64,000 bases of DNA, taken from the NCBI RefSeq assembly GCF_009914755.1, contig NC_060925.1; one strand, given 5' to 3'. Both the position numbers and the translations under genes were made by a program. The notes beneath the pieces are model-generated. The model worked only from the letters and a program-made list of their open reading frames with translations. It did not search any database and was not told the DNA's origin. The stretch comes from the human T2T-CHM13v2.0 reference genome, Homo sapiens. This document shows, in pieces, positions 26,803 to 42,433 of this stretch; the stretch's first letter is position 1, and each line of letters opens with the position of its first letter.

Positions 26803-27994
26803 ACCACACTATTCTGCCTTCTGTAAATTCAGATATCCATATATTTGGGTTGTTTAATTTGCAGTTTACACGTGCTTGAGTTTTTTTTTTTTTTTACAGA
26901 ATAAATGATGTTAATTCACATCTACAAAACTAGGCTTCTGGATTTCTCTTTCCCTCCATTTATTGAAGGGCGGGTTGGTCTGATGCCAGTCTTCTCCCTG
27001 ATAGTGAAGCTAAGTGCAAGCTTTTCTCTTCTGATAAAAAAAGACTTCACTTACTGTTGGCACATTCTGGCCTTCTGCCTACACTGGGCTCTCTCTCCAG
27101 TGGCCAGCTGTGTCTTGCCTGGTGCTCATCATTATCCAACTTCCTTGCCTCAGGAATCCTTGACTCTTTCCAAGATTTGCAGAGGTGCATGGCTAAGTAG
27201 CAGCTTCCTTCCAGACAACAGTGTTCACAGAAGGAAAGAGAAAAGAATCAGTGGGCTAGAACTTAGAAGAACTTTATATATAAAGTCTGTTGAATAAAAC
27301 ATATAAATAGGCAATATATACACCACCAAATGAACAACTCTTGTTTCTCCATGGGTATCTTCCACTCTGATTTAGCTCTCTCACAATGCACAATATGCAC
27401 CTGCCTGTATACCTTCTTTCACCACTCGGATCACCTAAGCTGAAAATATAGAAACTGTTTTCAATGGCCATCAAGAAACCAACTGTATTGCCGCTCAAAT
27501 CACACAATGCATTAAAAAACAAATATAAAAGCCTTTGGAGTTGGCTGATCTTTATCATCTTTTAACAATGTGAATAACCGAAAAGTAATTGTCTATTTAC
27601 AAACCTGGATGTTTATAGAATTACCTCTATAGTCAAGATCTTTTAAATATTTCAAACAGCCTGAATTTCTATAACCCAAGAATAGAATAATAGTAATAGA
27701 TATATTTATTATAACATAAAAATAACATTTTGTCAGTATGTGCCAGTCTCTATGAAGAGTATTGTCCATGCATTCTCTCTCTTAGTTTTTACCAAAGTAC
27801 TACAAAATTTTGTACTCTTTTTAGTATCAGATGACAGACAAGAACACTGAGGCTACAAGAGGTTAAGTAATTTGTCCAAGGCTGAACAGCTAGTGGCAAA
27901 AGCTGCATTTAAAGCTATGTAGCCTCATTCCAGGGATCATATACTTAATTACTGCATAACAATACCTCTACATCATAAGATCAGTGGTAGATAG

Positions 27995-28364
<370 letters not shown>

Positions 28365-30336
28365 AGCTCTTTCATTTCAAAGGCATGAAGTGTTCTCTTT
28401 GTTAAATAGTAAAGAACATCTAGGAAGAGGAGAAGTTGGGCAGTAAGTGGCCAACATGATAGGATTAAATGAAACGCTATGTGACTAGTACATAGCTTAT
28501 ACCTCATGTAACCAACCATAAGACTTGGACAACACCTGGACTGGTCCATGCCCTGATTCACCTAGACGAGGCCACTAATCACTTGCTTGGATATCACAGC
28601 AATGTTAAGTTGCCAGAAAGGATTCTAAATGCTTACTCTCACTTTCTTTACTTATCTCAAGGTCAACTGGTCATTTTGTGGACCAGCATCAACAATCTAT
28701 GGACCACATTTTGAGTGGCACTAATATAGATAACATCGGTTTAGTTAATTCAAGTATACAAATAACCAGTGAAGTATATGGCTCGCTTATATTCTCTCTC
28801 TCTACGAAACACACAGACACATGCTCCTGAATATTTATTCCCGAAACATTTACTAAGAACCTACTATATTCTTGTTACTTTTCTAGGCTCTGAGAATATA
28901 GTAATGAATAAAGCAAATCAAGTACCTGCTTTCAGGGAACTTAAAATTCTAATTCAACCAATGTCTTAATACCCAAACATCTGGGTACCAGTTTGAGGCC
29001 TTGCTAATTAATAGCTCTCCGCTTTTGTATAAATTCATTTAATCCTTCTAAGCAAGTCTTTCTCTTTACAAAATGAGACTAATAATACGTACTTTAATGT
29101 CATCATTGGTAGCATTAGATATTGTGAAAACTGTAAAATCACATACCAATGCCAGGTCACATTTTTATCATGGGCCCTTCCTGAGTGAAGGGATGGTATT
29201 TTTCCTGCCTTTGTATCCTTAGCAGGAAGCATAAGGGCTTGCTAAGTGGCAAGCTTAAAAATATATTTTCTAAACATTTATTAGATGGAAGCTTCTTTTT
29301 ATTGATACGTATCACAATCTTCTTAAAGTCTTCAATTGGTCCTAGAAGTGTCTATGCTTTTCCTGTCAGTTCTAAGAATAATGGTGTTCTTTAGCATTAC
29401 AACCTAGAACTGAATTGTAAAAGTGCCCTAAGTTTGGGGAGGAAGAAATTCTCAGCCAATAATAACATGAAAAGAAATGTACCTAGTCTGTTTCTCTTCA
29501 AACGTCTGAACTTCATGTTAGAAAAGTTGCTTCCAGGGTATAAAGACTTTCTTTTTGAGGGCTAGTGATGTTACTGTTAGAGTTAGACAGGGGTATGGAT
29601 GCTCTACAGATTTCATGAAAGTGCATAACTACATTCAGTGGCTATTTGAAGAGTACCTTATTTTATAAGGTGCCCCTTATACTGCAAGGGACATTAGCAT
29701 AATTAAAACACAGTGACTTGCAAGGAATAATATTTAGTAATGAGAATAAAATGAATACACAAAATGCACTATAAAGCAGCATATAAGTGCCATAGGTGTG
29801 GAATGAATAGGAACTATGGGACTTCAGAGGAGGGCTCCACTTAGGAGTTGCAATATGAGACAGGCCTTCAAGGATTTCAACAGATTTTAGGTTTGATAGA
29901 GGGAATGGAAGGCATTTGTTGCAGGCAGAGAGGTAACTTAATACGTTGACTCCTTTGTAAAAAGTTAGTAGGAGTTACAGCAAGTAGTTTGATATACATG
30001 TAAGGGTATAGTGAAAGGTAAGGCTAGAAAAGTGGGATGGAGATACACAATTGGGCAAGTGCCAGATTGAGCAGTTTGTACTAAATTTGATGGGGAACTA
30101 CTGATAGTTTTTAAAATAGGGTGGAGTCATGATCTGGACAATGCTTCAGGAAGATGGTTTTGGCAAGAACACAAGACGGACTGAAGGGAAGGCAACCAAG
30201 CAGGAGACCAAACAGGAGATCACAGCAAAAGTCTCGACCTAGGTTAACCAATACCTGACCTAGGGTCGTGGCAATAGAGCTAGAGAGGTGGGGGCAGCTG
30301 GAAGGGCCATTGTGTAGAAAGTATAGTATTTATACC

Positions 30337-30840
<504 letters not shown>

Positions 30841-31874
30841 CACTATGCTTTAGGGACTAATTAGGCATAGAATGAGGAAGATGGATTAAAGGAGGCTTCG
30901 GTTTGGCAGCTGAGTGACTGAGAAAGGTAGTGCCATGAACAGAAAAGAGGAAGTCAGGAAGAGGAGGAGCTGGATTTAGGAAGAAAGGTGTTTAGTTTCT
31001 GTCAAATACTAGGCCAGATAAAGTGTCTACCCAAATCATCAGATATCCCTGGTGAAAGGAAAGGGCAGGGAAAGCAAAGTGCCCATTGGGTTCTCCCAAA
31101 GCTTGTAAAGGAGCCCTGGGAGGATTTAATTGGTTTATCTCCTCCTGCACTCAGTTTCTCCTGTTTGTGCAGCTCCCTGAAGATTATGAGTGGGCAATCC
31201 AGTTCCTCAACCTCTCCAAACCAATGGTTCACATATACCGTGATGAGGACAGAAGCCCAAGGGCTTTGCTGTTTCCTTAGCTCCTTGGAGCCAGCTTGAA
31301 CCTTTTTCTCACAGATGCTTTGTGCTTCCTGTCCCCTAACCGCCTTACTCACCCTTCCCCATGCTCAACTTTTGGAAAGTCCCCTTGGCCTCACTTGTTT
31401 GATTACTTCCTCTCAAACTACTTCTCACAGGGACCACAGCAAACCATTGACTCTACCACTTTTTACTTGCCCTGTCTTCCCTCCCAGCTTAAATTCCAAG
31501 GTCTATCACTATAATCACTCCCTTACATAATACTCCTACCCCTCTCATAGGCTTTCCCCAGCAAAACTCAGACCTGGTCAAATACAATTCTCCTCCAACC
31601 CCCAAGCAATGGAGTGTGGCTGGAGGAGAATCACACGGCCTTGCTGAGTGGTCTCACTTTAATGTATGATCATCAACTCAAGAGGGCCCTCAGCACTGTC
31701 CATGCTAAGCTTCTCTAGTCACTTTTCCACTCTTCAAGGAGATTATTTCTCACCTTCTTCTATCTCCTTTAATAGCCAACAGCTTTTCATTGCATAGAGA
31801 ACAGATCTTACCTCATCAATCCCAGTGAGGCAGCCAGTACATATGGCACTCAGTGGAAACTGGGAAAAGGTCCA

Positions 31875-31949
31875 TACGTGTGTGTGTGGGTATGCATGTG
31901 TGTGTATGCGCATGTGTGTGTGTTTGCGCATGTGTGTGTGTTATATGCA
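31875..31949. repeat. Imperfect (TG)n / alternating purine-pyrimidine tract
   Basis: TACGTGTGTGTGTGGGTATGCATGTGTGTGTATGCGCATGTGTGTG... Confidence 0.9.
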
Positions 31950-32235
31950 GGATGCTAACATGCACCACCTCTCCTGGTGGAGCAATCAGAAAAGTACCCC
32001 TTCCTCCAGGCTGATGTGACCCCACCAGGGCACGTGGCTTTGTGGGCAAAACAAGGGCTACATTTCAGCTCCTACCTGCCGCCTCTGCTCTACAGGGGCC
32101 TGAGCGTGCCACAACCAAATGTACTGTCTAATCTATCTGCTTCTGCACCCAGACACTCTACCTTCTCTCCAGAAACAGTGTGTGAATGCATTCCCTTACT
32201 CCTATCCTAGGCCAACCCTTTCACTTCTGTGCTAG

Positions 32236-32599
<364 letters not shown>

Positions 32600-32627
32600 C
32601 AATTTTACCTCTCTAAAGAATCATTCC

Positions 32628-32955
<328 letters not shown>

Positions 32956-34649
32956 TCATCTTAAAATATCCTCCCTTGATCTCAAGTACCTCTCTGGCTA
33001 CTGCCCTTTTCTCCTTCAAAGCAAAGCCTCTCAAGAGCTGTTTAGAACACTTTCTCTTCCTCACCTCCCATCCTATTAACATACCCTAATCAGACTTTCT
33101 CCCCTATGACTCCACTGAAACTGTTTTCATCAAGGTCATCAGCAACTTCATCAGGCCACATCCAGTGTTCAAATTCTCAGTCCTTATCTTACTAATTTCA
33201 GCAGTATCTGATAAGACTCTTCACTCTCTCCTTCCTGAAACAATTATCTTGTTTTCCAACGCTTCACCTTCTCTTGGTGTTTCTCCTGCCCTGACTGGTA
33301 GCGCCTCCTTTTCTACTTAACCTTCAAGTGTTGGAGTGCCTCTTGGTCCTTTCCTTCAGCTATCTCCCCTCCCCATGTGATCCTAACTAGACTTAAGACT
33401 TAAAAAGTATCTATTTGCTAATGAATCCCAAATGTATCTCTCTAGACTCATATATCGATTGTTTATTCAATATCTCCATTTGGATGTATAACAGACACCT
33501 TAAACATAACATGTGTAAGAAAAGACTCTTGATTTCCCCATCCCCAAATCTGCTCCTCCATTTCATTAAGTGGCACCGCCATTAACTCAGTCATCAGGCC
33601 CGAACCTAAGAATCAACTCTTGATTTCTTTTTGTTCTTTCACACACTATGCCCCAAATCCAAATCCATTCCAATCAAAATGTATCTAAATAAAATAAAAT
33701 AAAATAAAATAAAATAGCCTTCTTCTCATCCTGTCCGTGGCTGCCAGGCTAGTTAGTCCAAGCTACCTTACTGGTATCCCAAGGACATCTGTGCTTCTCC
33801 ATTGTGTATTTTACACACATCAGCAAGACTAACTTTTAACAACATGAATCAGATGCGGTCATTCCTCGGCTCACCCTTCTCTCATGGTTTCCCGTTCCTG
33901 TTATAATGGCCCACAGGCTTCACTGGATCTGGCCAAGCCTAGCTGGTACTGCTCTCGGGCTGGCTGACGCTGCTCAGCCATGCCGGCCTTTCACTGTTTC
34001 TGCAACATGGCAGGCGTATCCCCACCTCTGGGTTTATGGCTGATTTTCTCTCAGCTTGGAAAGGCTATTCCTCCTCCAGGCCCGCGTGTTTGCAAGACTT
34101 ATTCCTTCATCCCGTGTGTATGCGCTCAAAGGTCTTCTTTGAGAGGCAGTATCTCACCAGGTGTAAAGTCACCCTATCCTCTGCTTTATTTTTCTCCACA
34201 CCACTTATCACTACCTGCAATTTTTGTCACTTGTTTGTTGTCTGTCTCCCCTCTCTCACTCCACCAGCATGCAAGCTGCAAGAGGGTCTTTGCCTGTCTA
34301 TGACTTTAAACCTCTGCGCTTAGTTAGAACAGCGCCTGGAACCTAACAGGTGCTCAATTAGGGCTTGTCGAATGATTGAGTTCCCTCCAAATTCTCTTCT
34401 TGAATCTTTGGACCCTTCCTCATCTTTTTTCCGGTCTTACCCACCTCCCATCCCGCCCTACGCAAAGCTAAAACTCCCCGCCCCTTCCCGGTAGCTCCAG
34501 GCTTTCCCGGCTCCAGTGTGCGCGGCTCCTTTAAGCGGACTCCGGAACGCCGTGGGGAAGGCGGGGCCGAAGCCCAGCCATCGCCAACTTGGAGGGGCGG
34601 GGCAGAACCAGGGGGCGGGGCCTGCGTGGTGCGTGCGTGCGCGTTCTGG

Positions 34650-34805
34650 AGGAGGCGCCGCCGCCGCTCCCGAGGCCCCTGCCGCCGCCGCTCCCGCTGC
34701 TGTCGCCGCGCAGAGCCGGAGCAGGAGCCACGGCCGAGAGGAGGGAGGAGGAGGAGGAGGAGGTGGAGGAGGTGGAGGAGGTGGAGGAGGCGCCGGACCG
34801 GGGGG
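34650..34805 (+). other. RAP1A: Non-coding first exon (5'UTR) of RAP1A (Ras-related small GTPase); TSS position approximate
   Basis: ATG-free GC-rich exon with GCC and GGA repeats ending at a consensus donor GG|GTGAGT (GT at 34806-34807). Gene identity is recalled from the RAP1A 5'UTR and its intronic KRT18 pseudogene; no coding exon is in the window. Confidence 0.8.
34744..34790 (+). repeat. (GGA)6(GGTGGAGGA)3 repeat in 5'UTR
   Basis: Read directly from the sequence. Confidence 0.95.
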
Positions 34806-37800
34806 GTGAGTAAGGGGCGGGGAGCTCCAGACGGCCCCAGAGGGAGCGGGGGGCGCGGGTCGGCCGAGCCGAGGGTGAGGCGGCTCATGTCGCCGGTCAG
34901 TCGCCTGGCTCCCCCTTCCTCCTCCGCGTTCCATCGGTGTCGGGGCGGCGGCCCGGGGGCCTGGCCGGCGGGAGGGGCCGGAGATCTGGGAGGCCCGGCC
35001 GCCGCCAGGGCCAGAGCCAACCACGCCCGCGGACCGACCCGGTCGACTGTAGGCCTGCGGGAGACCGTCGGGAGGGGCCCCGGCCGGCTGTGGGAGAGAA
35101 AGAGGACATTGTGTCCCCCACCCTTCAGCTCCCCGAGGTGTCATAGCACAAGCCCATTTCCCTCGCCGTCTCCCCAGACACGGTGCCCTCGTACCTCACT
35201 GCCTGAGAGAAGTAGAAGGTTGGACATCGCTGCCTTCCTCCTCTTGCATGTCCCCTGTCTAGGGTCAGAGCTTCCTTCAAACCCAGCTCTCCCTTTTGGG
35301 CCCGCGGGGGCGGGGGGGAGGGACACACGGGGAACGGGGTTGGAGGGTTGGGTGAATTCTCTGTCCTCTGCTGTAGGAGTGCGGGTAGACTGGAGCATTG
35401 CTGTCTCCGGGCTCACTTCTGTCAGGGTTCAGGGTCTCCCTTTCCTTCCTTTATTCCCCCAGTTAATAGGGCTGACATCTACATCCCACTCCACCTTCCA
35501 GCCCCTTTCCCGCCTTCTTTACCCTCATGTCTTCCGTAGCTTACCATGTGTTCGCCTTTTCAGTGTTACTTTTCATGGGTCTCTGCTTCTTCCCTGAATT
35601 TTGTTAGGGAAGAGGTCACGGTGTGATTCTTGTTATCCTTCAAACTAGCGGCTTGGTAAGAGTATCTCTTGCCCCCTTAATCAGGAAGTTAAGGACGGTG
35701 TCTTCAGCCGAGTTGTGTAATTTACTGCTACGGGGAGAAGATGAGAGGAAGACATTTGTGCCTACAAAATGGGATCTCCTCTTAGGGCTGAGAAACAGAG
35801 TTTAGGGAACCTTTGACCTCTTGGAAAAAGAACTGCCATTGAGGAGTAATGCATTCTGTTTTGGGAGGGAAAATCATTTTGTTACTTCTTTGAAGGGAGG
35901 AGGTATAAGAAATGAAATAGAATAATAGAGCAGAAGGTCAGTGAGCCACAGCCCTACAGGTAGCCAGCCACTCTTCTTAGGTGGCGGATGATGTTTTTGT
36001 TTTGATTACAGTAAGAATAAAGTATCAGCTCTTAGATTTAACTTGGGGCTCCTACCTTCAAAAGCATGAAGGGCCGTCTCAGAAGAGATGCTGCTGGAAA
36101 CAGGATTTGGAAACTTTCTTTGGGTTTCCTGTCAGAATGTGTGGGGGTGGACATGCCTATGTGTAGTTTTTCTTTCCTTGTGATGTAATTTATTTCTGTG
36201 ATACTTTGACATAATAAGCATTAAATTAGGCCCCAGACTTTCTGTCTTTATTATGCTTTCCTATAACATTGTTGTTTTGAAATCATATAGTTCGATATTC
36301 TTTTGTAGCGTGATATTTCAGTGAATCCTGTCTAGTTTTCTTGGTGTTTTAAATTATGGCCTACTTCAGATACGATTAGCTGTTAGGTATTGAGGATCAT
36401 ACGTGTTAAGTATTTGTTGAATGAATTGAATGATTACAAAGATGAGTCTAGTTATTAAATCTTCTGTCCTTTTGAGAGGTACCCTATATTAGGATACTGC
36501 AGTCCATTTCCAGTTTGTAAGATAGTAATTCTTAACCTTTTCTAGGCCACTGACACCTTTGAGAATATGATGAAATATATAAACTCTCTCCCCAGAATAA
36601 AGTTAATAGGCATTTATTCACAAAATTTTGCATTAGTTTTAGGGACCCTCTGAGGCCAACCATGAACTTATGTCTTAGAAGTGAACTGGATGGAATCCCT
36701 CAGTGTTACACAGTTCCATATTAAAACAGCTCAAAAGCCTTTGTTCACTTTTTGTATGGCTTCAAGAAGGACAGTATCTACACTTAATATACCCCAGAAG
36801 ACAGGTATATTCATATACGTTGTTCCTGTAGTCCTTCTGAAAATGAATCCCAAGGAAATATTCCAAAAGAAAGAAAATGTTGTATATGCACATGTTCGTT
36901 TAATTATTTTAATAGATGGGAAGAAAAGGAAACTACTTGCCCAACAGCAGAAAGATACACAATTTTGCAATCACTGAAAAAGGTTAGAAGTGAAGATTAT
37001 TAATCTCCTAATTGATCTTCCAGCTTCCACTCTTGCCCCTCCACCCCAAGTTGATTTCCACACAGCAGCTACAATGATGCTCACAAACTTCAGAACAAGT
37101 CTCTCTTCTATTCAAAACCCTCCAGTGTTTTCCCATCTCATTCACAGTAGAATCCAAAGTTCTTACCATGGCCTACAAGCCTTACAGCTGCCCAGCTATT
37201 TCCCTAATCTCAAGCCCCTTTACTTTTCCTCTTGCTTACTGTACTCCAGCCACACTGGCCTCCTACATCCCAAAAAGGTCAAATACACTGAGGTGTCTGC
37301 ACTTAATGTCCTCTCTGCCTGTAACCTTTTTCCCCAAGGCAGTATATATCCCTCACTTCTTCAGGTCTCTGCACCAGTCTCAGGTCTTCCCTTACTACCC
37401 TTCCCTGCCACTGTTTCTAGCCTCTCACCCTACCTTATACTCTTAAGACTAGGTTATACTGATTTTGACAGCCACAGTTGTTGACAAACATTCCATGGTA
37501 ATGTCGCTTGTATACTTGCATTGGACATTATTGTTTAACATTTAAAAAATAATGTCAGTCATAAAAAGATAACTTTCAGATTGTTAAGTTGAATTTTTCA
37601 ATAGCTCACATTTAAATTTTGGATGTTAGCTTACCTCTCTTCAACATTTAACTACAGGATGCTAATTGTTGGATACAGAGATGAATTAGACAGGGTCTCT
37701 GCCCTCAGGGAGTTTCACAGTCTGTCATTGTTTGTATTGTAATAGTTAAGTTACTCCAGATCTTGCCAGTGTTTAGTTTTACCCATGAACTTTAGTGTAT

Positions 37801-37826
37801 GGTTGATGATATTTTATATAAAATAG

Positions 37827-38194
<368 letters not shown>

Positions 38195-38282
38195 AACAAA
38201 GGAATTTTTAATGGTATCTGTAATTTGTTTAATTTCTGTTTTGTATGATGCTTTTAGAATATTATAGCTGTGACCGCCCCAT

Positions 38283-38548
38283 GTTTTGTTCTTTGAGACA
38301 GAGTCTTGCTCTGTCACCCAGGCTGGAGTACAGTGATGTGATCTTGGCTCACTGCAACCTCTGCCTCCGAGGTTCAAGGGATTCTCCTGCCTTAGCCTCC
38401 TGAGTAACTGGGATTACAGGCACGTGCCACCACACCCGGCTAATTTTTGTATTTTTTTTTAGTAGAGACAGAGTTTCACCATGTTGGTCAGGCTGGTCTT
38501 GAACTCCTGACCTCATGATCCGCCCGCCTCGGCCTCCCAGAATGCTGG
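38283..38548 (-). mobile_element. AluS, 5' end truncated or degenerate
   Basis: Alu reverse complement. Confidence 0.9.
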
Positions 38549-40619
38549 ACTCCTGCGGCTGAGACTATTGTTTTTGTTAAATAGGTCAACATTGAAATTT
38601 TATTTGGTTTATAGGGGATGACGACACCAGCCAGTTTTGATAGAAAACTATACCACTGTGAGGGCTTTGCCCAGAATTTCTGGTTCTGGAACCTAGATGG
38701 CTTGATTTGGCATAGGTGGGGAGCTTTGACATCTACACAAGGGAGTGGGTTGAATCACTTGAGTTACTTGAAAGCACCTTGCTCTGTTTCTGACATGTGA
38801 TAGGGACACCGTAAATGTTCATTGAACCTCAGATCACTTCTAATCTCGTGATTCTAAAATTCTCTTATTTTAGTTGGTCAATGAAAATAACTAATGTAAA
38901 GCATTTATATTTTAATATTGGGATACATTTGAAATTGTGAATGTAAGTTTACTCGTTTATAATGTCCCTTTTCAAATTAATTGGTTATAACAATTAATTG
39001 ATTACATCTAATCATTTGTAAGAAGAGTTACGGCCTATTTCCAAGAATTTTTTGCTTATTCTGATGTCATATAATTGCTGCATTACTTAATGCCAGATTC
39101 ATATCTTATGAAAAAGATTAGCATTAAACAAAAATATTTAAGCTTTAGTATGTTACTGAGACAGATGAAGTGTCCATTTTTTCTTTTATTGTGTGCATGA
39201 AGTATGGGGATTACAAGCAGTAGTTTTTATGTGCTTTTTAGTTTTTCATATACAAAGATAATGTTAATATTAGCTCATTTACATTTTGAAACTTTTGTAA
39301 TAGTGGTATAGATTTGCACTGCATAATTCACATTCTCTCAGTCTCCTGCACACAGTTGTGAGATGACTGGTTAAGAGGGCACTTTGTTTCAAAGTTAAAT
39401 GATCCAGATGAGTATTGAACCTATAAGCTTAGCTTTGTTCATTATCATGAGGTTCTGATCAACAAAGCAGTTCAACAGAGAACCATGCCATGCTGTCATT
39501 TCCGCTTGAAAATAAGCCTTTTAGAGGTAGAAGGTACAAACATGCATATACACATGCACCAATAAAAAAAGGAAATTGTGTATGGTTATTAAGGTAGAGT
39601 TGAAACAGGAAATAACGTGCGTTTATAAGTGGTTTAAAAATAATTCTTTTAATAAAATTTTCAGAAATACTTGATATACGCATGGAAAATTAAATGTTTT
39701 ATGAAATAAACTCCAATCAGTAGACAAGTTAATGGCTTTTTTAAAAGCACTAATGACTTATTTACTTAGGCTATATAAATTTAGGTTAGATAAATCTGAA
39801 AAAAAAATTCTTTATAAATCACTCAAATTTTCCCAGTGTTTCTTACCTCTAACCTATTTAGTTTACACTGGTAGAGTGGTTCAAAGTGTTAAAGTTAACC
39901 AAATTTAAAATTAAATGTGTAATCATATGTTTTAGTGTCCGAATGTATTTAAATTAGGCCATATTTCATAAGAATAGCAGTATATTAAACTAAAAAAGCT
40001 AATAAAAGATACTGTTGGGTTAATTAAAACTTGAAGTGCCTTACCTTGAACACCTAGGTGTATACGCCTATAACATGTTACTCCTTCACGGTTTTTTGCA
40101 GTGCAGTGCTGTACCCACTTATTCTGGAGGTAAAAGATAATTTTGTTCATGATAGGACTGTGGTTAGCTGTCTTTCGTTTTTTAACTGTTTTCTTTTTTT
40201 TTTGTTTTGTTTTTGTCTTTAGAAAAGACAAAACTATAAAAAGAGGCACAAAGAACTGAATACAACTATTTGGACATATCCCAAATGCAGTTTATATGAC
40301 TCTAAGTTAGTAGTGGAAATCTCTTATTGCTGACTATACATTTCAGATATGTCAGATGTGTAATCCAGAGAGTAAATTCACTCACTGTATTTTCAGTGAT
40401 ATTTTAAAATTCATTTATCAGTAGGATCATTCTGTTCTAGACAAGTTGGCTATATTATAAAACATTAAGCAAGCAGGCACTAAGTTAAATATTGTAGCAG
40501 TTGAAATTTAATGCTAATCTTACAGTTTTACACAGTTAACAATCTAGGCCAAATCTATTGATACCTTTGGAACTACCCTTTAAATTCCATCCTATGCTTG
40601 TGAAAAGGTTGCATATAAT

Positions 40620-40806
40620 TTCTTTTCCTTTTTCTCTCTTCTCTTCCTCTTCTTTTTTCTTTTTCTTTTTCTATTTCCCTTTTCTTCCTTTTTCTTTCAC
40701 AGAGTCTTGCTATATCACCCACGCTGTTCTCCACCTCCTGGGCTCAAGCTATCCTCCCACTTCAGCCTCCTGAGTAGCTGGGACTACAGGCGTGTGCCAC
40801 CACAGT
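40620..40806 (-). mobile_element. Alu monomer/partial with CT-rich degenerate tail
   Basis: ACAGAGTCTTGC..GGGCTCAAGCTATCCTCCCACTTCAGCCTCCTGAGTAGCTGGGACTACAGGCG. Confidence 0.8.
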
Positions 40807-41236
40807 TAATTCATAATTTCATTAATAGATTTCAGATTCAGTCATTGAACAGATGTTTAAGTAACCCCAAATTAGGCTCTTTGATGGATACTGAGATGTG
40901 AAGGTGTAGTTTCTGCTTAAAGGAATTTATAGTCTAGCAGTTTATTTTGTTTGCCACAGCCTGTCATGTGTTTTATAAATCAGTGTTGTATTTTCATGAT
41001 AGAGTGAAAATAGAATGATACTCATTTTTTAAGTAAAATAAATTGTGAACATTTCACATTCTCTTAGTTGGTGAACAGCTATTTTGGTGGTCTTGTTTTC
41101 TAACAGCTTATGAGTATTAGACCAAATCAGTTTCCCAGTTGTTTAAAATAGAGTTAAATAAGAATTGTTTGCTTTACTGCCTGTTTTACTTCAGTCCAAG
41201 ACTTATTTTTTGTAAATAGCTTTTCTGCATATGTAT

Positions 41237-41240
<4 letters not shown>

Positions 41241-41273
<33 letters not shown>
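41241..41273. repeat. (AC)n microsatellite
   Basis: About 16 AC units. Confidence 0.95.
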
Positions 41274-41275
<2 letters not shown>

Positions 41276-42339
41276 CATGTATATACACACGTTGTAGGGA
41301 AGTTGTTTCCTGGTTCAGCTAGCAATTTCAATTCTCTGTTTAACGTCAGAAGTTGTTTTGTAGAATGGGATGTTAATATTTTTTTCTACACTTATTAAAA
41401 TCATCCTTTGCCACTAAAGTCAAGTATCTGCTAGGACAGAAATGTGCAAATAGCATGCGTAAATGTGCATTTTTAGTGACTGTTGTTAGCTTGACAGTTT
41501 TATTTTCAAGATCCTCTTCTCTCCCGACCTAATTAATTATGATGTGTTTATAAGGCAACAATAATATATTTAGTTAGTTTGCAAAATGAGAACAATTTTT
41601 CTGGTTTTTCCATTTTTGCATGTTTTGAGTTTGGATTAATTGGACTTGTATTATTCTCAGTAGACATATATAATAAAATAGTCCATTTAACTGTGATTCT
41701 TTCTCTTGGAACATTGGCTGACTTTTAGATAGTGAGCCTTGTGCAGTTTCATAAATACAGGTACTACTGAGTTTTGGATGACATTCTTTACACAACCTAA
41801 AAGTAAAGGTGAGCATAATAGAAGCTGGAAACAAGCTGCTGGGCATAATAGAAGCTGGTAACAAGTCTGACGTTTTCTTTGCACTAGGAAATGTATTTCT
41901 TATTCCAAGTAATATGCCCTTGTTAGGTTCAGGATCTTTTTCAGTGGTTATAACTGCTTAAACATTTTTTTTTCTGTTTAAAGTAATTCATGTTATACTG
42001 TGGCAAATTTTGAAAAAAATGTTAAGTGTAAAGAATAAATTGAAAACATCCATGATCCTGTCATCCAGAAAAAATTACTACTGATACTTTAATATACATT
42101 TTTCCAGTTTATTCCTTGCATGTACGGATTTTTTATTTATTTTTTTTACGAAACTTAGAATTATAACTTTATATATACTGTTTTGATCATACTTTTTTTT
42201 CCTGAATGGGATGTTGGTCTCCTAGTTTGAGACTTTAAAGTTGATTCTTTATAATATTACTGTTTTAAATAACACTGGGACAGACATTTTTTGTACATGT
42301 ATCTTTGATTGCATCTCTGTTTTTTTTTTCTTCCTGTAG

Positions 42340-42433
42340 GATAGATTCCCAGAAGTGGGATAACTGGATCAGAGGGTGATTACCCTGTGTATAAGAGTAT
42401 GTGTCTCACTGCACCTTCAATGGCATTGAGTAG
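42340..42433 (+). other. RAP1A: Probable alternative non-coding cassette exon (94 nt) of the RAP1A 5'UTR, within an antisense old L1 relic
   Basis: Strong acceptor (T)10CTTCCTGTAG|G and donor TAG|GTCAGT; resembles my recollection of a longer RAP1A 5'UTR variant. Confidence 0.65.

Larger units (their letters stand above)
34450..35400. promoter_or_regulatory. RAP1A: CpG-island, TATA-less promoter with Sp/KLF GC boxes
   Basis: Very high GC and CpG density; GGGGCGGGG within 34591-34603 and 34611-34621; GCGTGCGTGCGC NRF1-like motif at ~34630-34642. Confidence 0.92.

Noticed and set aside
34358-35597. Long ORFs over the CpG island (359 aa +, 228 aa -, 220 aa -)
   Set aside because: Low-complexity Arg/Gly/Pro/Ala translations caused by stop-codon scarcity in GC-rich DNA; they cross the splice donor and resemble no protein family
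36990-37484. 164-aa ORF in intron 1
   Set aside because: Lies in a C/T-rich L2-like relic, starts at a non-ATG codon, no recognisable domain
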